Positions 27,910 to 35,471 of a DNA stretch of 38,835 nucleotides are shown piece after piece; positions within the stretch are counted from its first letter, which is position 1, and each line of letters begins with the position of its first letter. The stretch comes from a virus (Duplodnaviria > Heunggongvirae > Uroviricota > Caudoviricetes): the IMG/VR virus record IMGVR_UViG_2734482565_000006; one strand, given 5' to 3'. The notes under the pieces were generated by a model. The model was not told where the DNA came from. It searched no databases and was given only the letters and a program-made list of their open reading frames with translations. The position numbers and the translations under genes were made by a program.

Positions 27910-28090
27910 TCGTGGCCGCCTTGCTGATTTGTGAAATGAGTTGCAGGGTGCGTTGCTGGTTTGCCAGCACCAGACGGGCTTCGTCCCGTTCACGCACAAG
28001 CACATGATTATTGTCCTCAAGGCGCTGCGTCTTCTGGTGCATTCCCCATACCACGGCAGCCAGCACGCTCATCACCCCCAGCGCCGCCAT
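27740..28090 (-). CDS. i-spanin (Rz-like)
   Basis: N-terminal TM helix (AALGVMSVLAAVVWGM) followed by a charged coiled-coil-like domain; start taken at ATG 28090 with GGAGG upstream. The longer ORF to 28261 would overlap the lysozyme gene. Confidence 0.55.
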   Translation of the reverse strand: MAALGVMSVLAAVVWGMHQKTQRLEDNNHVLVRERDEARLVLANQQRTLQLISQISKAATNEKQQNMQHSEEQQSIVRRSLATVPAAAVPVPDDVADRVRRAVCEIRAGEAGADPR

Positions 28091-28202
28091 ACAGCCTCCG
28101 GCAATCAGGGCCGGTAAGGGATTGTTCACCGCAGACACAGCACACCCCGCAGCAGCACAACGGCACACAGCAGCGCAATCATGAGCGGTCGCCAGAAGCG
28201 GT

Positions 28203-28703
28203 TCAGACTTTCGGCAAATCGTAACGACATAACCATTCATCCGCCGAACGGCGGGCCTCAAGACCGGGGAGTTTTACCCCCTTTGAATAAATCCAGCGGA
28301 TATACTGCTTACAGGACGCGGGCATCTGCCCGGCATTGATAAGGCGCAGGAGCGTGGAGTTGCGAAAGTTCGTTTCACCGGCCCAGAAAATCCAGGAGGC
28401 CAGCGCCACCGTCTGACCACGGGTAAGCGGCACCTGAACATGACGATCGATAGCCGCAAAGGCCCATTTCATGTCCTTTTCCAGCAGCTCCAGACACTCT
28501 TCATCAGTTTTTGTCATCCCCGGTTTCACATCCGGGCCGGTATGGCCGTAACAGATGGTGGGGGTGCCGGTGGGATCAATGTACGTGGTGTTTTCTTTCC
28601 CTTCCCAGTAGCCGGTGTAGTGCGTGGCAATGGTGAACGTCCCGGCTCCGGCCAGAACAAGGGCAATCAGCTTTTTACGCAGGGGTGCGGGGAGTTTTGG
28701 CAT
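28203..28703 (-). CDS. lys: SAR endolysin (phage lysozyme, GH24-like)
   Basis: 166 aa; N-terminal signal-anchor-like hydrophobic segment (LIALVLAGAGTFTIA) then a lysozyme-like domain (...ICYGHTG..., ...RGQTVALASW...). Confidence 0.85.
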   Translation of the reverse strand: MPKLPAPLRKKLIALVLAGAGTFTIATHYTGYWEGKENTTYIDPTGTPTICYGHTGPDVKPGMTKTDEECLELLEKDMKWAFAAIDRHVQVPLTRGQTVALASWIFWAGETNFRNSTLLRLINAGQMPASCKQYIRWIYSKGVKLPGLEARRSADEWLCRYDLPKV

Positions 28704-28774
28704 TGTTACGCTGTCTCATGGTGTTCTCTGAGTCAGCGTAACCGTGAGGAAAAGGGGGCAGGATTTGCGGAATA

Positions 28775-29197
28775 TCAGAAAAGCCGTGGCTGCGTGCGTT
28801 CCTGATGCAGGCGACGCTGGTTGCGGATAACGGAGTAAATCTGCGTCTCTGACATCTGGTAGTGGCGGCGCAGGGTTTCAATTTTTTCGCCCTGGCTCCA
28901 GCGGGAAAAAATTTCATTATTGCGCAGTTCGGTGAAAAGGGATTCACCGACCGGGAGATAATAACCACGCCCGCCCATGTACCCGGCCTGTGCGGCTGCA
29001 ACCTTACGGGCAAGCATTCCCGCCTGAGCAGGTTCAATCCCCTGACGGTGCAGTTCAGCACTGATCACATCAACCAGGTCCCGCAGCGTGCCGGGCCAGT
29101 TCTTTTTCAGCTCATCATCAGGAATATCATCCAGACGGTCAATCAGCGCGTGCAGCTGTTCGCTGTCACCAAACATGCTCATCTGTGTTTCAGCCAT
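28775..29197 (-). CDS. mor: Mor/C-family transcriptional activator
   Basis: 140 aa; the only Mor/C-family gene seen between gemA and lys; acidic N-terminus and C-terminal HTH (...ETLRRHYQMSETQIYSVIRNQRR...) as in Mu Mor. Confidence 0.8.
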   Translation of the reverse strand: MAETQMSMFGDSEQLHALIDRLDDIPDDELKKNWPGTLRDLVDVISAELHRQGIEPAQAGMLARKVAAAQAGYMGGRGYYLPVGESLFTELRNNEIFSRWSQGEKIETLRRHYQMSETQIYSVIRNQRRLHQERTQPRLF

Positions 29198-29267
29198 ACC
29201 CGCCTCCGGTCATCATTACACAGGGCAAGTTTAAAATAAAAATCCCGCGCTGTGGCGGGATTTGGGG

Positions 29268-29780
29268 TTAACGGGGGAATGATTTTTCATACAGCCTGCA
29301 AACACGCTCATAACTCATCACTGCACGTTCCGACATATCCAGGGCTGCCAGCATTTTGCGGCGGTGCCAGCGTTTGAGACGCTCCAGCACATCAGAGGCC
29401 AGCGCGGGTTGTTGCTCCAGCCACTGCCAGTTAGCCACACCTTCGCCGTCGTTCTGCGCGGCCGTCTGCGATTTCACCCAGCGGTTAAGGGCCGTTTCCC
29501 CGCCATCAGAGATAAATCCCTGCCGGTGCATCACTTTCCAGATGGCGCGAATTTTGGCGGTCACCGTACCCGGTTTTAAGGCCCGGTTAACCGGCTTCTG
29601 ACGCACTTTAAAACCGCGTTTTTTGAAAACATCCAGCACGCGGGATAACTCACCGGGTGACATATCACGGCAACTGGATTTGCCGGTGGCTGCCAGCAGC
29701 GCGGATGTATAGGTATCATGGTCAAGCTGTAGATCGCGTTTTGCGACATGTATTAAGGTAATCAGGGAAGCGCGATTCAT
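29268..29780 (-). CDS. gemA: GemA-like regulatory protein (Mu gp16 family)
   Basis: 170 aa; located immediately upstream of mor, as in Mu. Confidence 0.8.
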   Translation of the reverse strand: MNRASLITLIHVAKRDLQLDHDTYTSALLAATGKSSCRDMSPGELSRVLDVFKKRGFKVRQKPVNRALKPGTVTAKIRAIWKVMHRQGFISDGGETALNRWVKSQTAAQNDGEGVANWQWLEQQPALASDVLERLKRWHRRKMLAALDMSERAVMSYERVCRLYEKSFPR

Positions 29781-29850
29781 TATCGTGGCTCCATAAAAAA
29801 TGGGCGGTGTTACCGCACCGCCATGTCAATTAACATAAAAGGAAAAATCT

Positions 29851-30090
29851 ATGTCAGATATAAAAAATGCACTTGATGTTGCCGCATTCACAATGGCTGG
29901 AAATCTTATGGTAACCCTGTTCGATAAGGGGCTGATTTCCCGTGAGGAGGCAATACATATTATCAATCTCGCTCAAAAAAACTCTACCCCGGAAAATGCA
30001 GAAGATATCCAGGATGGCTCATATATTAATACCGACTGGCATTTCGACAATCTCCGGGCCTGTATGGGGATTACCGCTGAAAAAGATTAA
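29851..30090 (+). CDS. hypothetical protein (plus-strand gene inside the minus-strand early operon)
   Basis: 79-aa ORF, AT-rich, convergent with the neighbouring gene. Confidence 0.45.
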   Translation: MSDIKNALDVAAFTMAGNLMVTLFDKGLISREEAIHIINLAQKNSTPENAEDIQDGSYINTDWHFDNLRACMGITAEKD

Positions 30091-30358
30091 AAATTTTTGC
30101 ATAATGTTCAGATGTAAGAATTGCTGAACCATCAACACCGAGCCTACGGCGAACGTATTCCTCGCGGGCTATTTTATTATCCAGAGATACAGCATCCTTA
30201 ATCAGGTTAATCTCCCGCTCCATTATCAAAAGGGCTTCTCTGGCTGCAAGATTTTCTTTTATCGCATATTCGATAATGTCCCGCATACGTTCAAGCATGC
30301 CGATTTTAGCCAGTTCTTCGTCGATAGATTTAGGCGCAAATTTGATTTCTTTTTCCAT
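30071..30358 (-). CDS. hypothetical protein
   Basis: ORF with start at ATG 30358 preceded by GAGGAT; helical, charged. Confidence 0.45.
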   Translation of the reverse strand: MEKEIKFAPKSIDEELAKIGMLERMRDIIEYAIKENLAAREALLIMEREINLIKDAVSLDNKIAREEYVRRRLGVDGSAILTSEHYAKIFNLFQR

Positions 30359-30359
30359 A

Positions 30360-30503
30360 TTATTCATCCTCACAATTTATACATGCAGTGTCGTCGCCCA
30401 TATCGCAGTGGTTACATTTTATCTCACCACAATGTGGGCACTCTTTCAGATACTCCGGGTCCTCATTTCCACAGGTGGGACATTCAACAATTTGCTCATC
30501 CAT
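30360..30503 (-). CDS. small double-CxxC zinc-ribbon protein (47 aa)
   Basis: Not in the ORF track (<60 aa). Translation MDEQIVECPTCGNEDPEYLKECPHCGEIKCNHCDMGDDTACINCEDE has CPTC, CPHC, CNHC and CINC motifs; tightly packed between flanking genes. Confidence 0.4.
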   Translation of the reverse strand: MDEQIVECPTCGNEDPEYLKECPHCGEIKCNHCDMGDDTACINCEDE

Positions 30504-30828
30504 TATGTATCCCCTGTAATTCCGGCAAGGCCGAAAGATGGCACCAGTGCGTCACCTGTCCGTCCTCATCTTCAAGGCAGGCTCCGGTTTCTTCATCAAT
30601 AAAAAAGCCTTCATACCCCATATGGCCGATGCGCAGTTCCTGTTGGTCACCATACTGAACAATCAGCACGACAGCCTCCATATCAGGCGGAAATGCGTCA
30701 TCCAGTGAATGCCAGGGATAACCGCGCAAATCCCCGAAATAAACGCCGGTCAGCGTTCCGCCACAGAGCGGCATTCCGGCGGCACACACAAGAGGTTCAT
30801 CTGATTCAACAAATAAGGTCGTTATCAT
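30496..30828 (-). CDS. hypothetical acidic protein
   Basis: 110-aa ORF in the early-region operon; 4-bp overlap with the upstream gene. Confidence 0.45.
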   Translation of the reverse strand: MITTLFVESDEPLVCAAGMPLCGGTLTGVYFGDLRGYPWHSLDDAFPPDMEAVVLIVQYGDQQELRIGHMGYEGFFIDEETGACLEDEDGQVTHWCHLSALPELQGIHNG

Positions 30829-31376
30829 GGCGTTAACTCCCGTAATACAGCGTCCTCGGCAGTCCGGCGACGGTAATAAACTGCGTGAGCAGAATGTTCA
30901 GATATTCCAAACTTTTCGCCAATTTCCCGGAATGACAGACGGCGTGGGTAATCGGAATCACGCAGCTCACGTATAAGACGTACATCATCATCAGATATGC
31001 GCGTGCCGGGGCGTAACTCTCCGCACTTTGTTAATCCAGCACCAATCATTCCTGCCCGACATCTGACAGAATCTTTATTACGTCCGAGATATTCTCCCAT
31101 TTGCTGGCAGGTCATTGTTCTGGCATTTTTTCGAATAAACTTATCTTCATCAGGTGTAAATCTTGGGTGTTTATATTTCAGTAACTCCGGGTATGAACTG
31201 CGCAATACACCAGTCCGGTTATATACAGCCCAGACAGTTCTTTTTATTCTGGCAGCAATATCCTTAACCGGGGTGGATGAATAAAGCGCAATCAGCAGCG
31301 CATCTTCTTCAGGTGTCCACGGACGGACATGAGCGGGGGCGCGACCTTTTAGTCCCATGGGTTGTAATTTCATCAT
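30825..31376 (-). CDS. protein with three Myb/SANT-like internal repeats (putative DNA-binding)
   Basis: Repeats PWTPEEDALLIALY..., RFTPDEDKFIRKNA..., RISDDDVRLIRELR... each followed by a basic helix. Confidence 0.5.
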   Translation of the reverse strand: MMKLQPMGLKGRAPAHVRPWTPEEDALLIALYSSTPVKDIAARIKRTVWAVYNRTGVLRSSYPELLKYKHPRFTPDEDKFIRKNARTMTCQQMGEYLGRNKDSVRCRAGMIGAGLTKCGELRPGTRISDDDVRLIRELRDSDYPRRLSFREIGEKFGISEHSAHAVYYRRRTAEDAVLRELTP

Positions 31377-31379
31377 GCA

Positions 31380-31895
31380 TCACCCCCTGACTCGCTTTTC
31401 AGCAGCATAAAACTCATCAGACAGTATTTCGGTCATTTTCTGTTTTGCGGGTTTTACGCCGCACTGAAGGTAAATCACATCGTCAACGCAGAACCACTTC
31501 ACAGGGCCAAACAGGATTGCCGAGAAATCAATACCCAACCAGAACAACAGCGCATCGGTTCTGGCATACGTGACGGGCGAATATTCACGCCACAGACTGT
31601 TCAGTTCATCAGAGGCAACACGCAGGGTTTTAGGGATACGTGATGTGCGCGGTGTGCAGCTCCAGCCATTCGACGCAGTCGGTTTTCGCCATAAGTCGCG
31701 ATGAAAAGGATATTTGTCCTCCGTAAAACGCAGTCCCTTAAAGTAAAATCCACTGATACCGGATACAAATACCGACCGGCACGCAACATTCAGCACGGCC
31801 TCAAGGCGTTTTGCCTCATCCTTAACTTTCTGGCAGTCCTGCTGGTATTTTTGCCACGCAGCCAGCGCGGAAGGGTTTGATGTTTTAAAGAACAT
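31380..31895 (-). CDS. hypothetical protein
   Basis: 171-aa ORF with an ATGA-type overlap with the upstream gene. Confidence 0.5.
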   Translation of the reverse strand: MFFKTSNPSALAAWQKYQQDCQKVKDEAKRLEAVLNVACRSVFVSGISGFYFKGLRFTEDKYPFHRDLWRKPTASNGWSCTPRTSRIPKTLRVASDELNSLWREYSPVTYARTDALLFWLGIDFSAILFGPVKWFCVDDVIYLQCGVKPAKQKMTEILSDEFYAAEKRVRG

Positions 31896-32428
31896 TACGC
31901 CACCTCCGCAGATATCCCGGCAGGCGCTGCTGTCCGGTCAACAATCAGGTAGCGCAGAACATGTTCAGTGATATTCCAGCCGCTTAAACCGCAGATAATG
32001 ACGCCCAGGCGTATGTCGATATACGCCATCACAAACTGGGGCACGCCTTCTTTCATGGCCTGCTCATCAACTTCAGCCACCACATAAACGGTTTCACAGG
32101 TCAGAACGCCCTGAGCAAATTCCCACGCCATCGACGGAATATCATGCCCCTCAATCCATGGCAGGGATTTTCTGAAGCCGCACCACTGAACATCATCAGC
32201 CGCAGATTCCTGGCTGCATTTGCGACGAACCGGCTGCACCGGGCGGGGACGCGGAATATCATAAAAACCGTTACATTCCGTCAGCACGCCTGCATCAACC
32301 GCATCACGCAGAAAATAAACCATGGAGGATGGCGGCATATTCATTTTTTCAGCCAGTACACCGCAGGTCAGGCGGCCATAAATACACAGCCAGTTTTTAA
32401 CCCCTTCAAGCACTTTTGCATCAATCAT
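31895..32428 (-). CDS. hypothetical protein
   Basis: 177-aa ORF downstream of gam. Confidence 0.5.
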   Translation of the reverse strand: MIDAKVLEGVKNWLCIYGRLTCGVLAEKMNMPPSSMVYFLRDAVDAGVLTECNGFYDIPRPRPVQPVRRKCSQESAADDVQWCGFRKSLPWIEGHDIPSMAWEFAQGVLTCETVYVVAEVDEQAMKEGVPQFVMAYIDIRLGVIICGLSGWNITEHVLRYLIVDRTAAPAGISAEVA

Positions 32429-32573
32429 GATTTATTTCCCCACCACATTATTAATGACGATATAAACGTATTTCATATTTCTTAACCCTTATTTTCTGTT
32501 TTCAGGCGCAAGCAGTCCCCTGACGCGAGCGCCATAATTAAAATGAAGTGATATTTAATTGATTAATGCGGTG

Positions 32574-33104
32574 TTATTTATTCAGTCCGGCGTCCTGTTC
32601 AAAAGGCTCGACATAAAAACTTTCAGCGCCTTTATTCACCTTGATACCGGCAATGCCTTTCACAGCATCCGGCTCCGCCAGGACGGCTTCCTTGTTCACT
32701 TCCTCTTTCGTGCGGATGAAACGCTCAAGCCCCATACGGCGCAGCATTTCAATCACACCTTCCACATCACGGCTGACGCTGCATGATGGCGTTCCCAGCC
32801 GCCATGACACCGTTCCGGTGGTCAGATTGGCTGTTTTGGTTTTGCCGCCGTTCGTCAGCTCATCACGGTTGGTTTTGCACCAGTCCTGAATCCCTTTAAA
32901 AAGCACTTTGATTTGCTTTTTAAGATTTTCAATCTGCGGCGTATAACGGGCGGTGATTTCTGCCACTTCGTCATTCATCGCCGTTTCCAGGCGCAGCGCC
33001 TCTCGCTGAATATCTCCCAGGGTGCGGATATCACGGCTGACTTCTTCCCGGGTCTGCGGTGCCGCCTCGGCTGCGGCCTTTAATTTTGTAACGCGTTTAG
33101 CCAT
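32574..33104 (-). CDS. gam: host-nuclease inhibitor Gam
   Basis: 176 aa; blocks LRLETAMNDEVAEIT, NRDELTNGGKTKTANLTTGTVSWR and ERFIRTKEEVNKEA match the Mu Gam family pattern. Confidence 0.9.
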   Translation of the reverse strand: MAKRVTKLKAAAEAAPQTREEVSRDIRTLGDIQREALRLETAMNDEVAEITARYTPQIENLKKQIKVLFKGIQDWCKTNRDELTNGGKTKTANLTTGTVSWRLGTPSCSVSRDVEGVIEMLRRMGLERFIRTKEEVNKEAVLAEPDAVKGIAGIKVNKGAESFYVEPFEQDAGLNK

Positions 33105-33115
33105 TTTGTTTTTCC

Positions 33116-33409
33116 TTATTGCAGTGTGCCTGATGCTTTATGCACGCGGTGGCGTTTAATGATGGCATCCGCTCCAAAAGACTGTGCAGATGCCTGAAAT
33201 TCCGCTGAGAGAAACTGAATAATTGCAGGACTGTGATACTGGAGAATACTTGCATAAACGTCACAGAGTGACGTCGGCCTGTTATCCGTATCACGTTCTG
33301 TTTTCACATCCACTCCAATCTTTTCATGCACTTCAACACAGTCATTGCCTGCCAACTTTTCGTCATGCGAAACATGATTAAATTCAAAAATAACGCGTAC
33401 TTTGCTCAT
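33116..33409 (-). CDS. hypothetical protein, tandem paralogue B
   Basis: Start taken at MSKVRVIFEFNH...; shares its N-terminal motif with the adjacent upstream ORF. Confidence 0.5.
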   Translation of the reverse strand: MSKVRVIFEFNHVSHDEKLAGNDCVEVHEKIGVDVKTERDTDNRPTSLCDVYASILQYHSPAIIQFLSAEFQASAQSFGADAIIKRHRVHKASGTLQ

Positions 33410-33413
33410 GGAA

Positions 33414-33686
33414 TTACCCCTGTTGATTAAATTCATTACCGTTAATAACCCCGGAAGCCATGCCTCTGTCTTTCATGAATGCACTGGCTTTCATTGCCAC
33501 AAACTCTGCGAAGTTTCTGCTTTCTGCCAGCATAACCACCCCAAAAATCATGGCGGGTCCATTATCTTTCTTCTTTATTCCGGTTGAACGTATATCCAGA
33601 CTTACCCCTCTGTGCGTGCTGCCATCAGAGTTTTTGCAGATAACATCTTCCTTGTATTCGAAAATAATGCGTACGACTTTACTCAT
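33414..33686 (-). CDS. hypothetical protein, tandem paralogue A
   Basis: MSKVVRIIFEYKEDV...; same N-terminal signature as 33116..33409; AT-rich. Confidence 0.5.
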   Translation of the reverse strand: MSKVVRIIFEYKEDVICKNSDGSTHRGVSLDIRSTGIKKKDNGPAMIFGVVMLAESRNFAEFVAMKASAFMKDRGMASGVINGNEFNQQG

Positions 33687-33964
33687 CCTCTGGTCCTCGT
33701 TCTGTTTGGATAACTGACCCGGCGTCTAACCTCACGGCAGAACCGAATCATGGCATTAAAGGCTTCTTCCTCCGTCACCGCTTCCGGTATCCCCGGAACC
33801 AGTAACTGCTCCTGTTCATCACGTCCATGACGCGCCATAACCTCAATCACATGCCGTACCGTGGCAGGCTTTCCGGCAACTATCGGCAATGCACCTTCCG
33901 GCAGGACGTAACCAAACTCAATAAGACCACTCGACCACGCCCATGCAATGAGATTTTTTTTCAC
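33683..33964 (-). CDS. hypothetical protein
   Basis: 93-aa ORF with a 4-bp overlap with its downstream neighbour. Confidence 0.45.
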   Translation of the reverse strand: MKKNLIAWAWSSGLIEFGYVLPEGALPIVAGKPATVRHVIEVMARHGRDEQEQLLVPGIPEAVTEEEAFNAMIRFCREVRRRVSYPNRTRTRG

Positions 33965-33965
33965 C

Positions 33966-34232
33966 TCACACCTCCCAGTAAACCGTGCAGCCGCTGATGC
34001 GGGTGGCCTTCACACGGCGGCGCAGGCCGTTGGTCTGTATGGTGATTTCAATTTCACCGGTTCCCTGCACGTTGCCTACCGGCGGCGTGGTTTTCAGTGC
34101 AAAACGTTGCGGATAGCGCTTACTGCGTTCCAGTACCGCACCGGCAAGTTCGGTCAGACGGCGCGCGCTGTTCAGGGAGTCGAATAAATTCATTTTGTTA
34201 CCGCAGGATTGCATATTCATATAACACCTCAT
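33966..34232 (-). CDS. hypothetical protein
   Basis: 88-aa ORF; start uncertain (several in-frame Met near the N-terminus). Confidence 0.4.
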   Translation of the reverse strand: MRCYMNMQSCGNKMNLFDSLNSARRLTELAGAVLERSKRYPQRFALKTTPPVGNVQGTGEIEITIQTNGLRRRVKATRISGCTVYWEV

Positions 34233-34460
34233 TTAGCTGACTTGTTTCGCACCAACAGAACGGCATATTCCGCTGTAAACTTCTGTCGCACCTTCGCGAT
34301 CAAGTCCGGCAGATATCACCATTCGTGTGCGGTCATTAAATTCAAAAAGTAAATCGCCACATTCTTTATTTTCGGCCAGTGAAATCACCTTCACGTTATC
34401 GAAATTAACCAGGTAAAAGCGTCCGTAAATATCAGGAATATTAAATACCGCCATAATCAC
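34233..34460 (-). CDS. hypothetical protein
   Basis: 75-aa ORF immediately downstream of B with a 4-bp overlap. Confidence 0.45.
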   Translation of the reverse strand: MIMAVFNIPDIYGRFYLVNFDNVKVISLAENKECGDLLFEFNDRTRMVISAGLDREGATEVYSGICRSVGAKQVS

Positions 34461-35398
34461 ACCTGTGAGAGTAATTCAGGGTTGGTATAAACCTCTTTAA
34501 AGGCCGCATTAATATGTTTTTCTGTCAGCGCCGCGCCTTCACCGCTGGCGGTGAGCCACGCCTGGTTAAGCGTATGTGTCAGAACGCGTAACGCTCCCGG
34601 CTTTTCAGCGATAGCCTGCATGACGGCCAGCTCGGCCTCACCACTGATCCCCCACGCCATGGCAATGGCCAGCACATCCGCCTTTTTGGCCTTGCGAAGT
34701 TGTTTTGTACGGGCAAGACGGCTGAACAGGCGCGATAAATCATCAAAGGCGCGGCGTCCACCTTTAAACAATCCGCGCGGGTTACCAATAAGCACCATCC
34801 CGATCCCCGTGGCGTCCTGAATTGCCCGGAGTTGCTCCAGACCGTCAATACCAAGATGATCCGCCTCATCCACAATCACCAGTCCACGCGTTCCCATCAG
34901 GCGACGGCGGATGGCGCGGGATAATGCCCCTTTGTTCGCGCGGGTGTAATCAATCCCCAGCGCATCGGCCAGCTCCAGCAGACACTCCGTGACGCTGGAG
35001 TGCGCGGGTGACAGGGTGATCATCCAGGTGTTTGGTTGCTCCTGGCAGTAATTACGGGCAGTGGCCGTTTTACCCACACCCGGTACGCCCACAATAACGT
35101 TAATACAGCCCATCAGGCGAACCGCCTGAAACAGTGCGCGCAGCTCCTGGACTGTCTGAGTTTCCACAAACTGCGGCGGTTCCGGCAGTGCGCTTTGTTT
35201 ATTCCAGTTCTCATACCAGGAGCGCAGGGAAGCAGCCACAGCAGCGTTATCGCCTTTATATTTTCCCTTACGGAAAGCCGATAATGTGCCGTCGGAAATT
35301 CCCGCCTCTCTGGCGATGGCATACTGCGTCAGTACGCCGCCATCAATAAGTTCATCAATGGTCTTGATTACATCGTTAATATCGGTCATATTATTCAC
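34457..35398 (-). CDS. B: transposition protein B (AAA+ ATPase target-DNA activator)
   Basis: 313 aa; Walker A VGVPGVGKT, Walker B-like LVIVDEADHL; N-terminal HTH; immediately downstream of the transposase. Confidence 0.9.
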   Translation of the reverse strand: MNNMTDINDVIKTIDELIDGGVLTQYAIAREAGISDGTLSAFRKGKYKGDNAAVAASLRSWYENWNKQSALPEPPQFVETQTVQELRALFQAVRLMGCINVIVGVPGVGKTATARNYCQEQPNTWMITLSPAHSSVTECLLELADALGIDYTRANKGALSRAIRRRLMGTRGLVIVDEADHLGIDGLEQLRAIQDATGIGMVLIGNPRGLFKGGRRAFDDLSRLFSRLARTKQLRKAKKADVLAIAMAWGISGEAELAVMQAIAEKPGALRVLTHTLNQAWLTASGEGAALTEKHINAAFKEVYTNPELLSQV

Positions 35399-35471
35399 CT
35401 CGCTTGAGACAGCATTCTCCGAGACTGAAACCTCAAATAACCTGAGTCACCCCTCGGGTTATTTTTTTATT

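Noticed and set aside
27740-28261. Full 173-aa ORF as the Rz gene (start at 28261)
   Set aside because: That start would overlap the endolysin 3' end by about 60 bp; an internal ATG at 28090 with a GGAGG SD immediately precedes the TM helix, so the shorter product is preferred. The N-terminal extension cannot be excluded.
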